This document shows, one piece after another, positions 61,701 to 64,000 of a stretch of 64,000 nucleotides of DNA. The DNA is taken from positions 1 to 64,000 of IMG/VR virus record IMGVR_UViG_3300035665_000001. One strand, given 5' to 3'. Within the stretch, counting starts at the first letter, position 1, and each line of letters starts with the position of its first letter. The position numbers were made by a program, and so were the translations under genes. The notes beneath the pieces were generated by a model, which saw nothing but the letters and a program-made list of their open reading frames with translations, was not told the DNA's origin and made no database searches.

Positions 61701-63407
61701 CCACCGACTAATGATGTTGCTGCTCAAACACAAGAAGCTACTACTAATGCGGCACAAACACCTGCATCCAATGCAAATCCACAAGCTGCAGAAATTGTTC
61801 CAGAAATATCAGAAAATGATAAACGTATAGCAGCTTTAAAAGCGGAAATAGCGGCAGCTGAAAAAAGCGGTAATGGTTTGCGAGCACAGGCTGATCAATT
61901 TAGAAAAGATGGTGGGTCTGAAGAAGGTGCAAAAGAAATAGCAGGTGCTGCAGAATTGCATGATAAAAAAGCAAAAGAATTGAAAGAGGAATTATCAAGA
62001 CTACAACCATCACCTATAGAGGCTGTAAAGCAAGGTGCGGAAAAATCTAACCTAGAAATAACAGATGCAACCAAACAATCTGATGAAAAAGCAAAAATGC
62101 AGGCAACAATTGATGCTGCAATAGAAAAACAAACAAAAGCCAGAGCAGAACAGGTTGAAAAACATGGTGAAGATTCAACAGAAGTTAGAATGATTGATGG
62201 AGATTTAAAAAGTCTCAATAAACAAAAAACTAATTTGGCAGATAGCACAATCATACCCACGATACAAAAAGATGCAGAAAATAAAGTTGGTGAGATAACA
62301 AACACCACACCTAAGGAACATCATTTAGATGGAACAATAAAAGGATTAGAAAACGCAGCAAAAACTTATAAAGATCGTGGAATGAATGATAAAGCATCTG
62401 AAATTGAATCTCAAATAGAGGCAATGAAAAATTTACGTGATGAGAGCATTGAAAGAGATAAAACCCCTGTTGAGAGAACAGCACCTAGAAATCCCACATC
62501 ATATGGTGGTATAGGAGGATTTATTACTAGCCCATTGAACAGTAGTTCAGCAGATATAGGGAAAACATTAGCTAGTATGGGAAATAGTATGGCAGATGTC
62601 GGAAATTTAATGACATCAACAATTTCGGATGCTTTTGATTTTAGTGGGGATGATATTTTAGACACTATTGCAGAATCCACAACTATTGATTCAAATGAAT
62701 TAGGTTGTGACATTGGTGAAACAATGAGCAATGGCAGTTTTGGAGATACATTCACAAATATGTTTGAAAATTCAACAAATCAATCAGATTTATCAGACAT
62801 GGGGTCATCTGACAGATTATACAGTGGTCCACTTGCACCAACAGGTGGTTCAGATATGATGTCTAGTATGAGTTCCGCAATTACTCCTAACTTTTTAGGT
62901 TTTGAAAATGGTGGTTTAACACCATCACAACCAAACTCAATATTAGAAGCATTAACTGGTATGCAAGGTGCGGCAGGAATAGTTCATACAAATGAATTAG
63001 TAGTTCCACAAGGGTTAGTTGGAACTTTACAGAATTTAGTTGCTCCTAATGCAGCATCTACACCTGGCTATATTCCATCATCATCGGGAAGTACACCTAG
63101 TGCAATATCTGGAATAACTCCAGGGTTTAGTGCACCCGTAGCATCATCGGGGTTAGCTGCAAATAGTGCTGCTCCTGCAAATCAAAATAAAACTGAAAAC
63201 ACTACTAATTCGTCAAATACTGATAGACTATTAGGATTAATTCTAGCAGAATGTCAAAGACAATCTGGTTTCTTAGGCAGTAGTGCGAGAGAGGCAGCTG
63301 CACAAACTAAACAATCTGCTCAAACATATAAAACAGGTGTCGATAGATTGGATAACTCAAGACAAATGGACATTAATTCAAAAAGTGATAGTATTAGAAT
63401 GACTTAA
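55749..63407 (+). CDS. Tape-measure/tail-associated protein with lysozyme-like and NlpC/P60 peptidoglycan hydrolase domains
   Basis: 2552 aa, Ala-rich helical with hydrophobic segments. TESGG...NNQGYFGQYQFG (~60245-60310); YKMG...IDCSGFV...HIAQV (~60960-61265); FENGG...GIVH.NE.VVP. Confidence 0.85.
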   Translation: MPINNRAIQVETSEFTDRIKDAGNDLAELSYVMRDLESTLNNSKTRKAELARQKLTGRLTDEEEAALTALTAQIEALDAVRKRGAQKAKKLDALQESLGRNMVNRDRMLGDSMTGVRGALFHGMRGVQAFTGSLGNVGESLSELNTVVGSTGTQLNKSSQDLSIVFGKLADAVLRARGPFAILAAVIGAAGIAVKRYHDRLAIARDMGGGAGLSRDLQSMSTKLNVDPDQLKALSNTISESFNVSMTNNQKEIAKVSLKNQLDEKVMGKEYAEDSMASMAELKDSFTANSPTALLTKMSSATSVLAKTMGISNKMALAHIKAINQNTKELAGEENSDVQEAINEGFMEMSAGWDASGYDQETQKKLRDTATQNLSDDKVGHSGIRLQESLHDGSKGGQILQAKMEKANISADDASKLYQRKSMGAVMTPDEMKKLAMLSQMQAEADAITMEDLSKTAREKRGTAEGTDAENKLRILRDNGAKQNSGVANATNKSSVNDILSKSAAGDKSYAANKDSEKNTAALNKLVAGMGIKNSKDKDDFLKTLQNSQQEAEKIGFDKDKYNKALRTQREAILNKNGVALSGKESDSEIEAKFNEKTSTDQQESAKDSAFSAALDTNKLTSFIDNSATSGATLAGKTVQGQDFRNNTSEKTLAENELTANMTGAEQVERKLATLASGALDTFENKIMEVVEKAIDPINKAIDGLVKSFTWLKTTLDPLFTAIGELYDKNLKPVIDRFTAWFSTEGMDKLKSSFETFVNWLSSVTTKLGPIFSAVTDWGEKHILPLFKKIGNIAAALFGAAVDVGEGVAGGVTSDTGTAAIVGSFKLLGGIVDAVTNNLEILLTVYAGLKTAMLAETSARWLMAKKQQISSAIPEVTGRVRGAGSKLGKAALYAGAAYGAAHLMSSDAQADDGSEGEDNKSTIEKVIDSPVTDIALMAGPMLKNLIPGIGTTLMTALSGLGPLVLSALSGLGSFLMSTLTLAGPAIMTALGTIGTTIATALSPLLLPIAGVVAAIAAAVLLFKGWNNAAEDFKDSEEMKEKRKLLETNTPEAKAYAESISETGKAFWDGKKYVDEFGKTIEAQPSLLQKTSSALSALSLGFFDPVKIEASLSSIGTMWNSMLEFFKNIDLAKIFSDLWTSVTNYFTEAKVHLVEIFSGYSEIFTAPFKAVQAWFNGEMSFKEALEVAWQGIQGGFGKIAENLGELLTMPFRTVLNFLETGIKNLTSHLPSWLGGRDDKKEEEAKKEESKKEENKSSWFSRLLPISSAHADELPKDGKLPPAFVPPQASNLTTSDIELEKKEKEKATIEKQTKNLELAKTNEDAAQIEAEKAELERINKLKSLDDLKLQLNENEKIALEREKIEKDAKDNKDAAIKANLDKAKIEKEAAEKALEDAKNASNQPSFFASLGTFFSSLAGSAQSSIGDMVSSAKQSVNNGSLIKDIGTGIKDTTSSVGDYATKKYNQFKFNEVDAALAFQGGASIKGLSDVQTRALAANTAKTESGGRIDADNNQGYFGQYQFGAEALAESGLVDKEKLAAAKKASKGGWYKKRSSDGSMGGHEAFLRDKSNWKIQGGLDEFLKNKELQDKSFITYTNKNVAGGFRSGALSENDDAGKIAGYSKAAHLKGVGGANKLFKQGVASYDGNGKSTVTYAKQATDAMDSTVHAINERIGKGGKPEQPPSLLAKVGHALNPIKSASADEFNPGIVNTSEMSNNLVAGVNSALYKGVNDDIARGVKYKMGSRDSSSGAIDCSGFVLEQMQCVKDAINDPSQISDAMKAMKKGNTAAGITQELAKLSGKELTGKDVNAANLKEGMTIGIDNNKANNNDRYKGIDHIAQVVKDPNTGELMVSHSGSKGPTMLPVEKFLKQNAGNDMTAVDPLFNVRGKENSPITSNGNATQAISIPTQQATQQETQQAYQQLATVPMSEDDVLSVLKAILTTLRQSNGISGPASTPINSTPTAPVNNVVTTPLTDSSTTQSVVQTPPTNDVAAQTQEATTNAAQTPASNANPQAAEIVPEISENDKRIAALKAEIAAAEKSGNGLRAQADQFRKDGGSEEGAKEIAGAAELHDKKAKELKEELSRLQPSPIEAVKQGAEKSNLEITDATKQSDEKAKMQATIDAAIEKQTKARAEQVEKHGEDSTEVRMIDGDLKSLNKQKTNLADSTIIPTIQKDAENKVGEITNTTPKEHHLDGTIKGLENAAKTYKDRGMNDKASEIESQIEAMKNLRDESIERDKTPVERTAPRNPTSYGGIGGFITSPLNSSSADIGKTLASMGNSMADVGNLMTSTISDAFDFSGDDILDTIAESTTIDSNELGCDIGETMSNGSFGDTFTNMFENSTNQSDLSDMGSSDRLYSGPLAPTGGSDMMSSMSSAITPNFLGFENGGLTPSQPNSILEALTGMQGAAGIVHTNELVVPQGLVGTLQNLVAPNAASTPGYIPSSSGSTPSAISGITPGFSAPVASSGLAANSAAPANQNKTENTTNSSNTDRLLGLILAECQRQSGFLGSSAREAAAQTKQSAQTYKTGVDRLDNSRQMDINSKSDSIRMT

Positions 63408-63459
63408 TTTGTATAATTAACACTAAATAATTTATTATTATAATATAAAAAAGGACAAC

Positions 63460-64000
63460 ATGGAAATTTTGAATGAAAATTTAAACCATTATTTAAATGA
63501 AAATAACAATTACACACCTTTAAATGAAGCTGCTACTCCTATGTGGATGTCTTATATGGATGCGTTTAACGCTTTCATGGAGCAAAGTGGTAAAAGACTA
63601 GATAGATATACCACATATGATGAAATGGATCGGTATCCAGAAATACATTTGGCACTTGATATTATCTCAACAGAAATTTTTGTATTTGATCAAATAGCGA
63701 ATTCACCGTTTTTATTTAACACCAACGGAAAAATACCAGAACCAACATTAAATACATTAATTAAAAAATTTACAGATGTTTTAAAATTAAAAGAAACATT
63801 ACCCTACGCAGTAAGACAAGCATTAAAATATGGTGACAGTTTTTACTTTTTAGTTAAAAACAGTAATGGTAATATGGCTGGTTTAAGACGAATAGATAAC
63901 AAAGATATTGATTTTATCGAATATGATGAAGTAGGTATCGAACCTATGAATTATTACATTTCTAAAAAGAAAGTAGATGAAGCTCAAATGGGTAGTTATT
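63460..64000 (+). CDS. Portal vertex protein (gp20-like), 5' part
   Basis: Not in the ORF track. AAGGA SD, ATG 63460; RLDRYTTYDEMDRYPEIHLALDII..E and VRQALKYGDSFY. Confidence 0.85.
   Translation, partial: MEILNENLNHYLNENNNYTPLNEAATPMWMSYMDAFNAFMEQSGKRLDRYTTYDEMDRYPEIHLALDIISTEIFVFDQIANSPFLFNTNGKIPEPTLNTLIKKFTDVLKLKETLPYAVRQALKYGDSFYFLVKNSNGNMAGLRRIDNKDIDFIEYDEVGIEPMNYYISKKKVDEAQMGSY

Noticed and set aside
1-64000. Stop-codon reassignment as the cause of split genes
   Set aside because: Long genes (2552, 1476, 943 aa) are intact in the standard code, and each split has its own explanation.

Overview
Very AT-rich, densely coding segment of a T4-like (myovirus-type) jumbo bacteriophage genome that reads in the standard code. 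Recognisable phage genes are the gp55-like late sigma factor with many TATAAATA late promoters, a sliding clamp, gp46/gp47, gp13/14/15, tail sheath, baseplate hub, gp2-like end protector, a 2552-aa tape-measure/hydrolase protein and the start of the portal gene. It also has HU, thymidylate kinase, an ADP-ribosyltransferase and a host-like chaperone cluster (Hsp20, DnaK, GrpE, CbpA/DnaJ). The DnaK and CbpA resemble Campylobacterota proteins from memory, which is inference. The most striking content is four differently fragmented genes. (1) A tandem MoxR-type AAA+ ATPase is encoded as two separately transcribed genes joined by an atypically split intein (29-aa N-part, 139-aa C-part) inside a Walker A motif. 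(2) dnaK is interrupted by a 333-nt ORF-less group I intron, with a free-standing HNH gene next to it. (3) A UvrD-like helicase is broken in two by an endonuclease gene with no visible splicing element. (4) A minimal DnaE-like polymerase core is split over two genes 16 kb apart. Several RNA-level controls are also visible: a ROSE-like thermometer and RBS-occluding hairpins. All calls come from reading motifs by eye; no searches were run.
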